A DNA stretch of 64,000 nucleotides from Oscillospiraceae bacterium (GTDB lineage Bacteria > Bacillota > Clostridia > Oscillospirales > CAG-272), in NCBI GenBank assembly GCA_015064385.1, contig SVSI01000002.1:65315-129314 (forward strand), in the 5' to 3' direction. A program made the position numbers and the translations under genes. The notes under the pieces were generated by a model. That model had not been told where the DNA came from. It made no database searches and worked only from the letters and a program-made list of their open reading frames with translations. This document shows, one piece after another, positions 38,681 through 47,244 of this stretch (positions within the stretch are counted from its first letter, which is position 1; each line of letters begins with the position of its first letter).

Positions 38681-40588
38681 TCATCTCACCTCAAAGGCGG
38701 AAAAGCCGTACGGCGGAATATCCGAGAGTGTCACCCTGTCACCGCACAGTGTACCCGTGCAATTTATGAAGCGAATTTCGGTGTAATCCTTGTCAAGACG
38801 AATTTCGGAGGAGAATATATCGTCAAGCCAGACGTTTGCCAAGGCGACCGCCATAGCGCCGCTACTATCCTTCGAGGCAAGAATATAGAGGTTCGGATTC
38901 CTTTCGCAAACCACGGGCAGACGCTTCCCTGCTATATACTCGATAGCGTGCGTAATATCGGCTTGTCTGTAATAGCTCTTCAGGAAGTTTGCGCCACCTC
39001 CCATACACCACGATTTATAAAGATCGATCGCGAGCACGTAAAAGCGTTGTCCGCTTGCATTTTCATAAAGGTAGCTTGCGGGAGATTTATTCGGACGAAG
39101 CTCGCTGAGTATCTCGGCGCCCTCCTTAACGGTGAGCTTGCAAAGCGCCTTCGAGGAAACGCCGCCGATACTGCCGCCGTGTCTGAAATAATATTCACTG
39201 AGCGCCTCTGTCATGGACGCGTCAAGCAGTCCGGTATCAACGCCGCGCTCGGCAAGTATTTTAGCCGCCACCGCGTCAAGAATAGCTCCGCGGCCGATTT
39301 TTTCAAGGTCAACGTGACGTGCGTTTTCCCCGATTATGTAGAGAGGATAGTCGCCCTCGTCCGCAAAGCTCGTCGGAACAGAGTTTGACGAGAGCAGATC
39401 AAAGGAGGGCGAGCGCTGCGCGATCCTTATCATCAGAGAGGAATCCTTGAACACACTGTCTCCGAGATCCCAGTCCTCCATCTTATGCGGTACGCTGTAA
39501 ACCCGCGCACCCACGGGACTTTTACCGTCAAAAATTTCTTTTACTCCTTCGCGGATCGGTTTGTTTCGCACAAATCTCTCAACGTATCCGCGCTCGTAAT
39601 CATACGCGCACGAGTAGTCCTCAACGTAAGCAAGGATTCCGTCTCCGCCACCGTTTGCAAGCAGTAAAAGGTCGAAAAGCTCAAGCGTTTTGGACGGCAC
39701 GTTGTGTCGGGGGCGCGGATAGGTGTCACCCTCCGCGAAAATCTCAACACCGCTGTCCTTTGCCCACGCAAAAAACTGGCGTGTACTTTCGACGACCGGA
39801 ACGATATTCGTGCTGTGATAGGGTGCGCCTATCGTTCTCGCAAAGGGCTTGTTTTTACCCGCCGCCATTTTAGCTATCTCAACCGGATCCGTACCGTGCA
39901 TATCCCAAGTATAGCAGTCACTGACTCCGAAGCGAATATTCGGATTCACCGAATCGATAGTGCATCTGAGCGCTTTTATAAAGTCGAGCATCGAGTCGCC
40001 CATAAGCTTTAAAAATTCGCTTCTGTATCTGTTTTTTCTGCCCGTAAGAAGCAGCTTTTCCATCTTTTCAAGCGGAATATCCTCCCCGATACGGCGGCGG
40101 TATTCTGCCATATGCAGAGGGCAAAGGCAGGTGAGCCCATTTCCGCGACGGCTTGTAAGACGAAAATCGTCGTCAAGCATTATCATATCGGGCGAAAGCT
40201 CGGCGATACGGCGGACTCCCTCACAGTAGTCACGAACAAAATTTTCGTCCATCGGGCAATTCGAAGAATTCTCATTTGATACTCCATAGACGTCCGTTAT
40301 CTGCGTATATACCCTTTCGCCTGTGGCGAGCTCGGGCATTATCGCCTTTCCGTGACCGAACGCGGATATCCAGACACCGACCTCAAGTCCCGCCGCGCGG
40401 AAATAGTCTATTGCGCGTTTTACGGCATCGGGATGAGTATAGTTTCGTCCGTTTTTTGTATAGATGTTACCCATTCCGCACAGAAAGACCCTCTCGGCGC
40501 CGCATCTTCTTACGTCATCGAGATAGCGCGGGAGATCTTCTCCGTCAAGAAGCGTGTTCATACTTATCGGAATCGAGATTTTATACAT
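38681..40588 (-). CDS. uncharacterised 635-aa protein (TIM-barrel-like N-terminal half, beta-rich C-terminus; possible glycosidase-like enzyme)
   Basis: GGAGG lies 8 nt before ATG 40588. No family motif that I can name. The alternating beta/alpha pattern (RVFLCG..., GLEVGVWIS, MIMLDDDFR) and the C-terminal ...PPYGFSAFEV only loosely resemble GH-type enzymes. Confidence 0.4.
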   Translation of the reverse strand: MYKISIPISMNTLLDGEDLPRYLDDVRRCGAERVFLCGMGNIYTKNGRNYTHPDAVKRAIDYFRAAGLEVGVWISAFGHGKAIMPELATGERVYTQITDVYGVSNENSSNCPMDENFVRDYCEGVRRIAELSPDMIMLDDDFRLTSRRGNGLTCLCPLHMAEYRRRIGEDIPLEKMEKLLLTGRKNRYRSEFLKLMGDSMLDFIKALRCTIDSVNPNIRFGVSDCYTWDMHGTDPVEIAKMAAGKNKPFARTIGAPYHSTNIVPVVESTRQFFAWAKDSGVEIFAEGDTYPRPRHNVPSKTLELFDLLLLANGGGDGILAYVEDYSCAYDYERGYVERFVRNKPIREGVKEIFDGKSPVGARVYSVPHKMEDWDLGDSVFKDSSLMIRIAQRSPSFDLLSSNSVPTSFADEGDYPLYIIGENARHVDLEKIGRGAILDAVAAKILAERGVDTGLLDASMTEALSEYYFRHGGSIGGVSSKALCKLTVKEGAEILSELRPNKSPASYLYENASGQRFYVLAIDLYKSWCMGGGANFLKSYYRQADITHAIEYIAGKRLPVVCERNPNLYILASKDSSGAMAVALANVWLDDIFSSEIRLDKDYTEIRFINCTGTLCGDRVTLSDIPPYGFSAFEVR

Positions 40589-40754
40589 AGTTAATTCCTC
40601 CGCAGAGCTTTTATCAACTTAATTGTAACACATAATTTTGCAAATGATAAGATAAAATCTTCACTTTTTTCTGTAATTTGTTAATAAAGACGGGGGATTG
40701 ACCAAAAAAACGACACCCGCACCACAAACACCGACAAAATAATCGGTATAGCGC

Positions 40755-40774
40755 CCCGGGGAGAGTCTGAACTC
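40755..40774 (-). repeat. orphan duplicate of the ssrA 3' end (T-arm/acceptor segment)
   Basis: CCCGGGGAGAGTCTGAACTC compared with CCCGGGGAGAGTC-GAACTC at 40973-40991. This is a 13-nt plus 6-nt exact match with one inserted T. Confidence 0.7.
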
Positions 40775-40927
40775 AAATTTGCCTAATTGTTTTAATCCGA
40801 TCTTCCTCGTCTCATTATAATCGGAGGTCATTTGCTGGGTGGCAAATGACACGCCGCCGCTTGCGGCGGTTTTAGCGCTGAATCTGCGAATGCTCCGCAT
40901 TCGCGGAGTTCAACAGTTGAGTTCGAG

Positions 40928-40967
40928 AAATAATAAAGTCACGGCAAAAGCCGTGACTTTATTATTT
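40928..40967 (-). terminator. ssrA terminator
   Basis: AAATAATAAAGTCACGGC-AAAA-GCCGTGACTTTATTATTT, directly after the tmRNA 3' end. Confidence 0.8.
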
Positions 40968-40968
40968 A

Positions 40969-41325
40969 TGGACCCGGGGAGAGTCGAACTCCCGTCCGAA
41001 AACCTCTTAATATGACCTTCTACGAGTGTAGTTTGTCTGTGATCTCCCGACACTGTGCGGACAAACAAAACACAGTATCGGCAGCCGTCTTATGCGTGAG
41101 AGCTGCGACGACGAGCTCACCCTTCACGTTCATCACTGCATGACGTTCAGTTTCGGGCCGTGATACTCCCGAAAGGAACGGGCTGCCTTAGGCAGCGGCA
41201 CCGCTTACGCGGCCTGAGCTACTCTATTGTTAGCGTTTAATTTTAATGTTGGGCAGATTTAAGAGTTTACCCCGCTCTACTCGCTTATCATACCTCAAAA
41301 TCCCCGTCGAAACCTTTACGGGCCC
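40969..41325 (-). ncRNA. ssrA: transfer-messenger RNA (tmRNA)
   Basis: The minus strand starts GGGCCCGTAAAGGTTTCGACGGGGATTT and ends GGACGGGAGTTCGACTCTCCCCGGGTCCA. The acceptor stem has the G3:U wobble and there is a T-arm. The predicted tag reading frame GCT AAC AAT AGA GTA GCT CAG GCC GCG TAA gives ANNRVAQAA. It lies adjacent to smpB. Confidence 0.9.
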
Positions 41326-41339
41326 TTGATAGCATATAT

Positions 41340-41801
41340 TTAATATTTTTCTCTAGACGCACGCTCAACGTCCCTTGCCATCTGCTTTTTCGCCTCTGTC
41401 TCGCGCTTGTCGTAAAGCTTTTTGCCTCGGCAGACACCGAGCGAAAGCTTCAGATTTTTGCCCGAGAAATAGAGCGAAAGAGGAATGAGCGATACGCCCT
41501 GGCGTCCGACGAGTCCGAAAAGCTTCATTATCTCGCGCTTGTGCATAAGAAGCTTTCTCTCGCGAAGAGGATCTCTGTTGAAGATATTTCCCTTTTCATA
41601 GGGACTTACGTGCATACCGCGTACGAAGATCTCGCCGTCCTTTATAAAGCAGTACGAATCTTTGAGATTAACCGCGCCCTGTCTTATCGACTTGACCTCG
41701 GTGCCGAAAAGAGCGATTCCCGCCTCGTACGTCTCGTCCACGAAATAGTCGTGATACGCTTTTCTGTTGGCGGTAACCGTTTTAGTTCCCTTTTTATCCA
41801 T
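41340..41801 (-). CDS. smpB: SsrA-binding protein SmpB
   Basis: [30 protein letters not shown]...MHVSPYE...[19 protein letters not shown] lies before ATG 41801. The track start at 41864 adds 21 residues that are not conserved. Confidence 0.93.
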   Translation of the reverse strand: MDKKGTKTVTANRKAYHDYFVDETYEAGIALFGTEVKSIRQGAVNLKDSYCFIKDGEIFVRGMHVSPYEKGNIFNRDPLRERKLLMHKREIMKLFGLVGRQGVSLIPLSLYFSGKNLKLSLGVCRGKKLYDKRETEAKKQMARDVERASREKY

Positions 41802-41883
41802 ATCGGCGGTCCTCCTTTCTTTTTCGGTGATCTTGATTATATCACAGTTTTCTGTCTTATTCAAGTGTTTTTTGTCTTTTTCA

Positions 41884-41937
41884 TTGAGAGAAACTTTTTG
41901 AAAAAAGTTTCTCTCAAACTCTCTTCAAAAACTTTTA
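41884..41937 (-). repeat. palindromic intergenic element, copy D1 (reverse)
   Basis: TTGAGAGAAACTTTTT-GA-AAAAAGTTTCTCTCAA followed by ACTCTCTTCAAAAACTTTTAT (the flank in reverse complement). Confidence 0.7.
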
Positions 41938-41945
41938 TAAACTAT

Positions 41946-42001
41946 TTAAGTAAAGTTTTTGGGGAGGTTTGGAACCCCTTTTTCCAAAAAGGGGTTCCAA
42001 G
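41946..42001 (+). repeat. palindromic intergenic element, copy D2 (forward)
   Basis: TTAAGTAAAGTTTTTGGGGAGGTTT followed by the hairpin GGAACCCCTTTTT-CC-AAAAAGGGGTTCC. Confidence 0.7.
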
Positions 42002-42015
42002 ATCCGCTCCCTAAA

Positions 42016-42888
42016 CTAATTTATCAGTTCCTTATAAATCGTGCTCTTGCCGACACCGCGGGCGCGGGCAGTTTCCTTAATTGCGTCCATTTTCTCCATA
42101 CCGAGCGACATATAGTGCTCTACCTGCTCAGTAACCGTCATATCCTTCCAGAAGCACTCACCTTCGTCGGACGCCCCCTCAACGACTATAACGTACTCTC
42201 CGCGCGGCGAATTCTCATTGTAAAATTCGACTGCCTGCGAGAGCTTTATGCGTTTTACCTCTTCGTTAAGCTTGGTTATCTCACGGCAAAGAGCTATATT
42301 TCTGTCGCCGAAATTTTCATAAAATGCTTCGAGCGTTGCGAGGAGACGGTGCGGAGCTTCGTAGAATATCACCGTCCGCTTTTCATTTTTGAGCTCGGAA
42401 AGACGGGATTTTACCTCGCTTTTCGTACCCGAAACGAATCCCTCGAACACGAATCTTCTCGTGTCAAGACCCGAAAGAGTGAGCGCAGTTATTGCGGCGC
42501 AGGCGCCCGGGATTGAGGTCACGGGAACTTCATTTTCGGCGCAAAGACGAACGAGATCTTCACCGGGATCGCTGATCGCGGGCGTTCCCGCATCGGTAAT
42601 GAGCGCACAGGACTCACCGTCCTTCAGACGCTTTACTATCTGCGGACCGCGTTCGCGCTTGTTGTGCTCAAAATAGCTGACAAGCGGCTTTGAGATGCCG
42701 AAATAAGTAAGGAGCTTCGCAGAATTGCGAGTATCCTCCGCGGCAACGAAATCCACTCCCTCAAGGACCTTAAGCGCGCGATACGATATATCGGCGAGGT
42801 TGCCTATCGGTGTTGCCACAAGATAGAGCGTTCCCTTTTCTATTTTATTTTTTTCTTCAAATCTGTCCTCAAAATTACGCTCTTTCAT
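42016..42888 (-). CDS. rsmI: 16S rRNA (cytidine1402-2'-O)-methyltransferase
   Basis: GTLYLVATPIGNLADISYRALKVLEGVDFVAAEDTRNSAKLL and ALITDAGTPAISDPG. The start is uncertain (42888, 42915 or 42963). 42888 gives the usual ~290 aa. Confidence 0.85.
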   Translation of the reverse strand: MKERNFEDRFEEKNKIEKGTLYLVATPIGNLADISYRALKVLEGVDFVAAEDTRNSAKLLTYFGISKPLVSYFEHNKRERGPQIVKRLKDGESCALITDAGTPAISDPGEDLVRLCAENEVPVTSIPGACAAITALTLSGLDTRRFVFEGFVSGTKSEVKSRLSELKNEKRTVIFYEAPHRLLATLEAFYENFGDRNIALCREITKLNEEVKRIKLSQAVEFYNENSPRGEYVIVVEGASDEGECFWKDMTVTEQVEHYMSLGMEKMDAIKETARARGVGKSTIYKELIN

Positions 42889-43642
42889 ATTCCTTGCCAA
42901 ATTCTCCGTTTTCATAAATATATGTGAGATCGTCTGTATAAACGAGCGGCTTTTCAGACGCATCGGGGTGCATAATAAGCGGTTTTGTCACGAGCAGTCC
43001 GCCTGAGCCGCCGAGCTTTCCCTCAACGAGCACCATACTTGGACGGCTTTTTGCGTCCGCATAGACCACCGTCATTCTTTTCGGCTCTATTTTCGATCCT
43101 CTCATAGCGTCAAAAAGATCGGTAAGACGGTCGGGACGCCAAACGACGTAAAAGCTTCCCGAATACTTGAGCATTCTCGCTGCCGCCGAGCAGAAATCGT
43201 AAATATCACCGCATACCTCGTGTCTTGCGATATATTTTTCATCGCTCGCGTTACGCGCGCCGCTATTCTTTTTCATATACGGCGGATTTGAGAATACTGC
43301 GTCAAATTTACCGTACAACTCTACGGGCGCGTCCTGCACTGCCGTGCAAAGCGTTTCTATCTTACCCTCAAGAGCGTTTTCCCTTACGTTGCGCTTTATC
43401 AGCTCTGCAAAGGTCTTTTGGACCTCGAGAGCGTATATCTTTGAAAACTTGCCCTTTGCGGCGGCAAGAAGGGATATTATTCCCGTACCTGCGCCAAGAT
43501 CCGCGGCAAGTCCCTTTGGGTTTTTTCTCAAATACGCATAAAGAAGATACGCGTCCGTGCCAAAAGTCAGCCCGAGCGTCTTTTGCGTAAGAGTAATATT
43601 TTCGTTAACAAAGTCTATTCTTTCTCCGTCCTTAACGCTCAC
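42875..43642 (-). CDS. YabB/TrmN6-like SAM-dependent methyltransferase (NPPY class)
   Basis: DLGAGTGIISL (motif I) and FSNPPYMK (motif IV). It occupies the same position as Bacillus yabB, upstream of rsmI. Confidence 0.75.
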   Translation of the reverse strand: MSVKDGERIDFVNENITLTQKTLGLTFGTDAYLLYAYLRKNPKGLAADLGAGTGIISLLAAAKGKFSKIYALEVQKTFAELIKRNVRENALEGKIETLCTAVQDAPVELYGKFDAVFSNPPYMKKNSGARNASDEKYIARHEVCGDIYDFCSAAARMLKYSGSFYVVWRPDRLTDLFDAMRGSKIEPKRMTVVYADAKSRPSMVLVEGKLGGSGGLLVTKPLIMHPDASEKPLVYTDDLTYIYENGEFGKEYERA

Positions 43643-43674
43643 GGCAATGCCTCCCTTCGCGTGCGTTTCTTCTC

Positions 43675-43710
43675 GAAAAAACTTAAGGGCAGAACTTACG
43701 CCCTGCCCTT
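43675..43710 (-). terminator. ferredoxin gene terminator
   Basis: Arms AAGGGCAG (43685-43692) and CTGCCCTT (43703-43710). On the minus strand the hairpin is followed by a T-run (complement of GAAAAAACTT). Confidence 0.65.
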
Positions 43711-43738
43711 TGAAGTTTGGTTCCGATCTATGTACGAA

Positions 43739-43912
43739 TTACTCTGCCTTAGGAGCATCTACGGGGCAAGCGCTTGCGCATGCGCCGCAGTCAAGGCACT
43801 CGTCCTCGTTAATTACGTACTTTCCGTCCTTTTCGGAAATAGCACCAACAGGGCACTCTTCGGAACATGCACCGCATCCGATGCATTCGTCAGCGTTGAT
43901 CTTGTAAGCCAT
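43739..43912 (-). CDS. fdx: 2x[4Fe-4S] clostridial-type ferredoxin (57 aa; below the ORF-track size cut-off)
   Basis: Own translation: MAYKINADECIGCGACSEECPVGAISEKDGKYVINEDECLDCGACASACPVDAPKAE, with two CxxCxxCxxxCP motifs. GGAGG lies 8 nt before the ATG. Confidence 0.9.
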   Translation of the reverse strand: MAYKINADECIGCGACSEECPVGAISEKDGKYVINEDECLDCGACASACPVDAPKAE

Positions 43913-43944
43913 TACAAATACCTCCGATAATTTTGTCGTTTTTA

Positions 43945-43973
43945 ATTATAACACACCGATTTCGAAAAATCAA
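43945..43973 (-). promoter_or_regulatory. ferredoxin promoter
   Basis: Minus strand reads TTGATT (43973-43968), 17-nt spacer, TGtTATAAT (-10 at 43950-43945). The -35 is embedded in the inverted repeat TCGAAAAAT-N17-ATTTTTCGA (43962-43996). Confidence 0.6.
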
Positions 43974-44008
43974 TGATTATTTCAAATATTTTTCGATTTG
44001 GGGAAAAT

Positions 44009-45325
44009 TTACTGCTCGTTTTTACCTTTTTCGCCATTTTGATGGGCTCTTGAGTGTCTGTGACGGTTCTTCCCGTATCTGTTTTTGTGGTGATGTGACG
44101 AATTTTCGTTCTTTACGCCCATCTCTTCTCCCTTTTTCTGCTGATTTCGGGAATCCTCGCCGTTTCTCTGCTGCTGACGCTTTGCGTTTTTAGCCGCACG
44201 CTCTTTCTTTTCGGCACTTTCGCGCGCCCTTTCGGCCGCTCTTGCAAGTGCTGCCTCTTTCGCCTCGGCAACGCGAGCCGCCGCCTGCGCCTTCGCTTCC
44301 TGACGCTCGGCTTCTTTTTTGTCTCTTATCACCTGCGCCTCGAGAGCTTTCTTATATTCCTCATCGGTTTCGGGACGGAGCAGCTCTCTGTCGTAGATCT
44401 TCGGCTCGCTCGGATTTTCGTCAAGCGCTATCTTCACGAGTCCGAGGAGGGGCTTTGCCTCGATGACCTTTCCCGAGCCGTCGGGAGTCATAACGCGGCT
44501 ATCGACCTTGGGAGTTCTTCTCGACTCCTCCTGATAGGTGTCGTACTCGTAGCGCAGACAGCACATGAGACGTCCGCACGCACCCGATATCTTTGCCGAG
44601 TTAAGCGCAAGATTTTGCTCCTTTGCCATCTTTATCGACACCTGAACGAAATCGGGAAGAAAGCTGTGACAACAAAATTCACGTCCGCAAACGCCGAGTC
44701 CGCCCATTATCTTCGCCTCGTCGCGTATGCCTATCTGACGAAGCTCTATTCTCGTCTTGAACGAGGACGCGAGGTCCTTAACGAGATCGCGGAAATCGAC
44801 TCTGTCGTCCGAGGTGAAATAGAAAAGAAGCTTGGTGTTGTCAAAAGTATATTCTGCCTCTATCAGCTTCATATCAAGCCCGTGGGCAAGTATCTTCTTC
44901 TGACAGATCTCGAACGCTTCCTTCTCTTTTTGCTTGTTCTCCTCGAAGTGCGCGTGATCCTCGGCGCTTGCTATACGCAAAACGTTTTTAAGAGGAAGCA
45001 CGAGCTCCTTTTTGGAGACGTTTTTATTGGTCATAACAACTCTGCCGTATTCAACTCCGCGAGCCGTTTCGACTATTGCATAGTCGCTGTCCTTTGCCTT
45101 ATTCCCGTTTGCGGCAAAGTAGTACATCTTTCCCGAGCCGCGGAATGAAATTCCGATAACCTCGGACAAATCGGGCATATTTTCATATTCTTTGTCAAAA
45201 TATACCGGCTTTTTCTCGGTCTGTTCTCCGCTCTCGGTCTCCTTTTTCTCGACCTGCTCGCGAGAGAAGACCTTGTCGGGACGCTCGAGCTTTCCGAACG
45301 ACCGTCTGTTTTTGTATCCACCCAT
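44009..45325 (-). CDS. ricT: PSP1-domain protein RicT (YaaT) with long charged N- and C-terminal extensions
   Basis: The core VIGISFRGSGKMYYF...VETARGVEYGRVV...LASSFKTRIELRQIGIRDEAK..CGREFCC..CGRLMCCLRYEYDTY aligns with B. subtilis YaaT. The start is uncertain (45325 or internal ATG 45178). Confidence 0.85.
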   Translation of the reverse strand: MGGYKNRRSFGKLERPDKVFSREQVEKKETESGEQTEKKPVYFDKEYENMPDLSEVIGISFRGSGKMYYFAANGNKAKDSDYAIVETARGVEYGRVVMTNKNVSKKELVLPLKNVLRIASAEDHAHFEENKQKEKEAFEICQKKILAHGLDMKLIEAEYTFDNTKLLFYFTSDDRVDFRDLVKDLASSFKTRIELRQIGIRDEAKIMGGLGVCGREFCCHSFLPDFVQVSIKMAKEQNLALNSAKISGACGRLMCCLRYEYDTYQEESRRTPKVDSRVMTPDGSGKVIEAKPLLGLVKIALDENPSEPKIYDRELLRPETDEEYKKALEAQVIRDKKEAERQEAKAQAAARVAEAKEAALARAAERARESAEKKERAAKNAKRQQQRNGEDSRNQQKKGEEMGVKNENSSHHHKNRYGKNRHRHSRAHQNGEKGKNEQ

Positions 45326-45373
45326 TATTTTATGAAATCCTATCTGTAATTTTAACCGTAATTTATCGGTGAT

Positions 45374-46384
45374 CTATTCTGTAAAAGCGCGCCAGAGCTT
45401 GATCGACGCTTCTGCGCGCACGTTTGCTACCGCCACGTTTTTTCCGAGCTTTTCAAGAAGCTCGCAAACCGTCTTTTCCGCCTTCAGAAGAGATATCATT
45501 CCAAAGCGCTTGGAAAGCTCGGAAATCCCCTCGTCGTCTCCGAAAAGCATCTCGCATTTTCCTCTGCTCTTTACAGCACTCATATCGCGGAGTGCGGTAC
45601 GCAGCATTGAAAGAAACTCAAAAAGATCCTCTCTGGTCTTTTGCGGCATCGGAAAAGTAGTGACGCTCGCGCGGTCTTTGTTTGCAAATGCCGTAAGGAG
45701 CTCTATCACCTTTTGCCCGTTGGACGCCGTGGGATCGCCCTCGCTTATTATGCGCAGTGCCTCTCCTATACTGCCAAACGATCTTGCAACTATCTTTGAA
45801 AATTCGTCGGGCGAATTTTTGGCAAGCTCGGAGGCACGCACGTTGTTTTCGGTGAGGTATTCCACCATCTCGTCCCTGGTGAACACCTGCATACGAAGGA
45901 CGGGCGCTCTTGAGCGTACGGTCGCAAGCAGAGACGCGGCGTTCTCTACAAGCAGCATAAAATACACGTTCTTCGGCGGTTCCTCAAGCAGCTTGAGTAT
46001 CGCATTCTGTGCCGCCACCGTCATAGTGTCCGCGTATCTGATTATATACGCCTTGATATCCGAATCGTTAGGCACGATAAACGCGCTTTCCCTTATCTCG
46101 CGGACTGCCTCTACTCCTATCGTTTTTCTGCCGTTTTTATGGGATATTTCGTAAACGTCTGCCGAGATACCGCGAAGTATCTTATCGGCCGCGCTATCAC
46201 TTCCCGAAAGCTCTGCGGCTATTGCTCTTGCAAGCGTGAGCTTTCCGCTTTTGGGCGGTCCTTCGATTATAGAGGCGTGAACGAATCTGCCCGAGGAAAT
46301 ATCGTCGATAACGATCCGCTTCAGTGTTTCGTTTTTATAAACAACTCGCTCTATAACGGACGCAGAACCCTGACTAAGCGGCAT
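45374..46384 (-). CDS. holB: DNA polymerase III subunit delta'
   Basis: AAA+ Walker A-like IIEGPPKSGKLTLA and a clamp-loader fold length. It has the conserved position upstream of ricT. Confidence 0.75.
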   Translation of the reverse strand: MPLSQGSASVIERVVYKNETLKRIVIDDISSGRFVHASIIEGPPKSGKLTLARAIAAELSGSDSAADKILRGISADVYEISHKNGRKTIGVEAVREIRESAFIVPNDSDIKAYIIRYADTMTVAAQNAILKLLEEPPKNVYFMLLVENAASLLATVRSRAPVLRMQVFTRDEMVEYLTENNVRASELAKNSPDEFSKIVARSFGSIGEALRIISEGDPTASNGQKVIELLTAFANKDRASVTTFPMPQKTREDLFEFLSMLRTALRDMSAVKSRGKCEMLFGDDEGISELSKRFGMISLLKAEKTVCELLEKLGKNVAVANVRAEASIKLWRAFTE

Positions 46385-46483
46385 AGCAAAAGAGGCCTTC
46401 CTTTCTGAAAAAATAAAGAAATCGCGATCTTATCACGCAAATAAATTATAACAGATATACCCGCTTTTGTCAAGGAGTATTCG

Positions 46484-47134
46484 TCACAGTCCGAGAATTT
46501 CGGCAAGCTCCTCTGCATTATCCGCGATGTCGGTAGCGCCGCAGTTTTCAAGCTGCTCGCGGCTTCTGAATCCCCACGTCACTCCAATAGCCCTCGCGGA
46601 AGAATTCTTGGCGGTGAGAATATCGATCTCGGTATCGCCGACAATCACGCATTCGCTTGGTGAAACGCCGAATTTTTCAGCCAAAATGAGCACTCCCTCG
46701 GGATCGGGCTTGTGCTTTATTTCACCCGCGCCGAGCACGGCGTCGAGCAGAAACGTATCAATTATCTTGCTTATTATCGTATCGACGTGACTTTGATTTT
46801 TGTTTGAGAATATCGCCGTTTTTATTCCTTTTTCGTGCAGCTTTTCAAGGATCTCGGGAATACCGTCAAAAGCGCGTGTGAGAACTACGCTGTGAGACGC
46901 ATAATACGAGTCGTAATACTGTACACATTTCTGCACGTTTTCCGCACTCCTTGCGTACTCGGGCAAGCTTTCGGTAACGAACACAGTCTGACCGAATCCG
47001 AGAAACGAGCGTATTTCCTCTCGGCTTCTTTTCGGATATCCGAAATGTGTGAGCATCGTGTTCATCGCACTCGTGAGATCGTCCAGCGTGTCGGCGGCGG
47101 TGCCGTCAAGATCAAAAATAACGGCTTTAATCAT
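46484..47134 (-). CDS. HAD-superfamily hydrolase (phosphoglycolate phosphatase-like)
   Basis: Motif I (VIFDLDGTAADT), motif II (AIFSNK) and motif IV (VGDTEIDILTAKN). Confidence 0.8.
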   Translation of the reverse strand: MIKAVIFDLDGTAADTLDDLTSAMNTMLTHFGYPKRSREEIRSFLGFGQTVFVTESLPEYARSAENVQKCVQYYDSYYASHSVVLTRAFDGIPEILEKLHEKGIKTAIFSNKNQSHVDTIISKIIDTFLLDAVLGAGEIKHKPDPEGVLILAEKFGVSPSECVIVGDTEIDILTAKNSSARAIGVTWGFRSREQLENCGATDIADNAEELAEILGL

Positions 47135-47244
47135 ATTTTCCTCTTTTTCGTTATTTTCTGTTTTTTTACAATATTAGTGTTGCAAATGCGTGTTCTTTAT
47201 GTTATTATATACTTACAGTACAAAAAAGTCAAGGAGGAGAGCAT

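Noticed and set aside
36841-39388. 320-aa minus-strand ORF (36841-37803) and 248-aa + strand ORF (38642-39388)
   Set aside because: They are antisense to agcS and to the 635-aa gene respectively. They have no RBS and an atypical composition rich in Arg, Cys and Tyr.
40661-40900. 79-aa minus-strand ORF between ssrA and the 635-aa gene
   Set aside because: It spans the hairpin-rich scar region and the duplicated ssrA fragment. It has no RBS and looks like non-coding sequence.
37825-40968. The DMT plus 635-aa gene pair as cargo of the ssrA-integrated element
   Set aside because: The displaced ssrA 3' copy (40755-40774) lies between ssrA and these genes. They are therefore outside the repeat-bounded interval, and their codon usage looks host-like.
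45178-45325. Treating the RicT N-terminal 49 residues as certain coding sequence
   Set aside because: Neither ATG 45325 nor the internal ATG 45178 has a strong Shine-Dalgarno sequence. The B. subtilis homologue starts near the internal Met. I kept the long form but flagged the start as uncertain.
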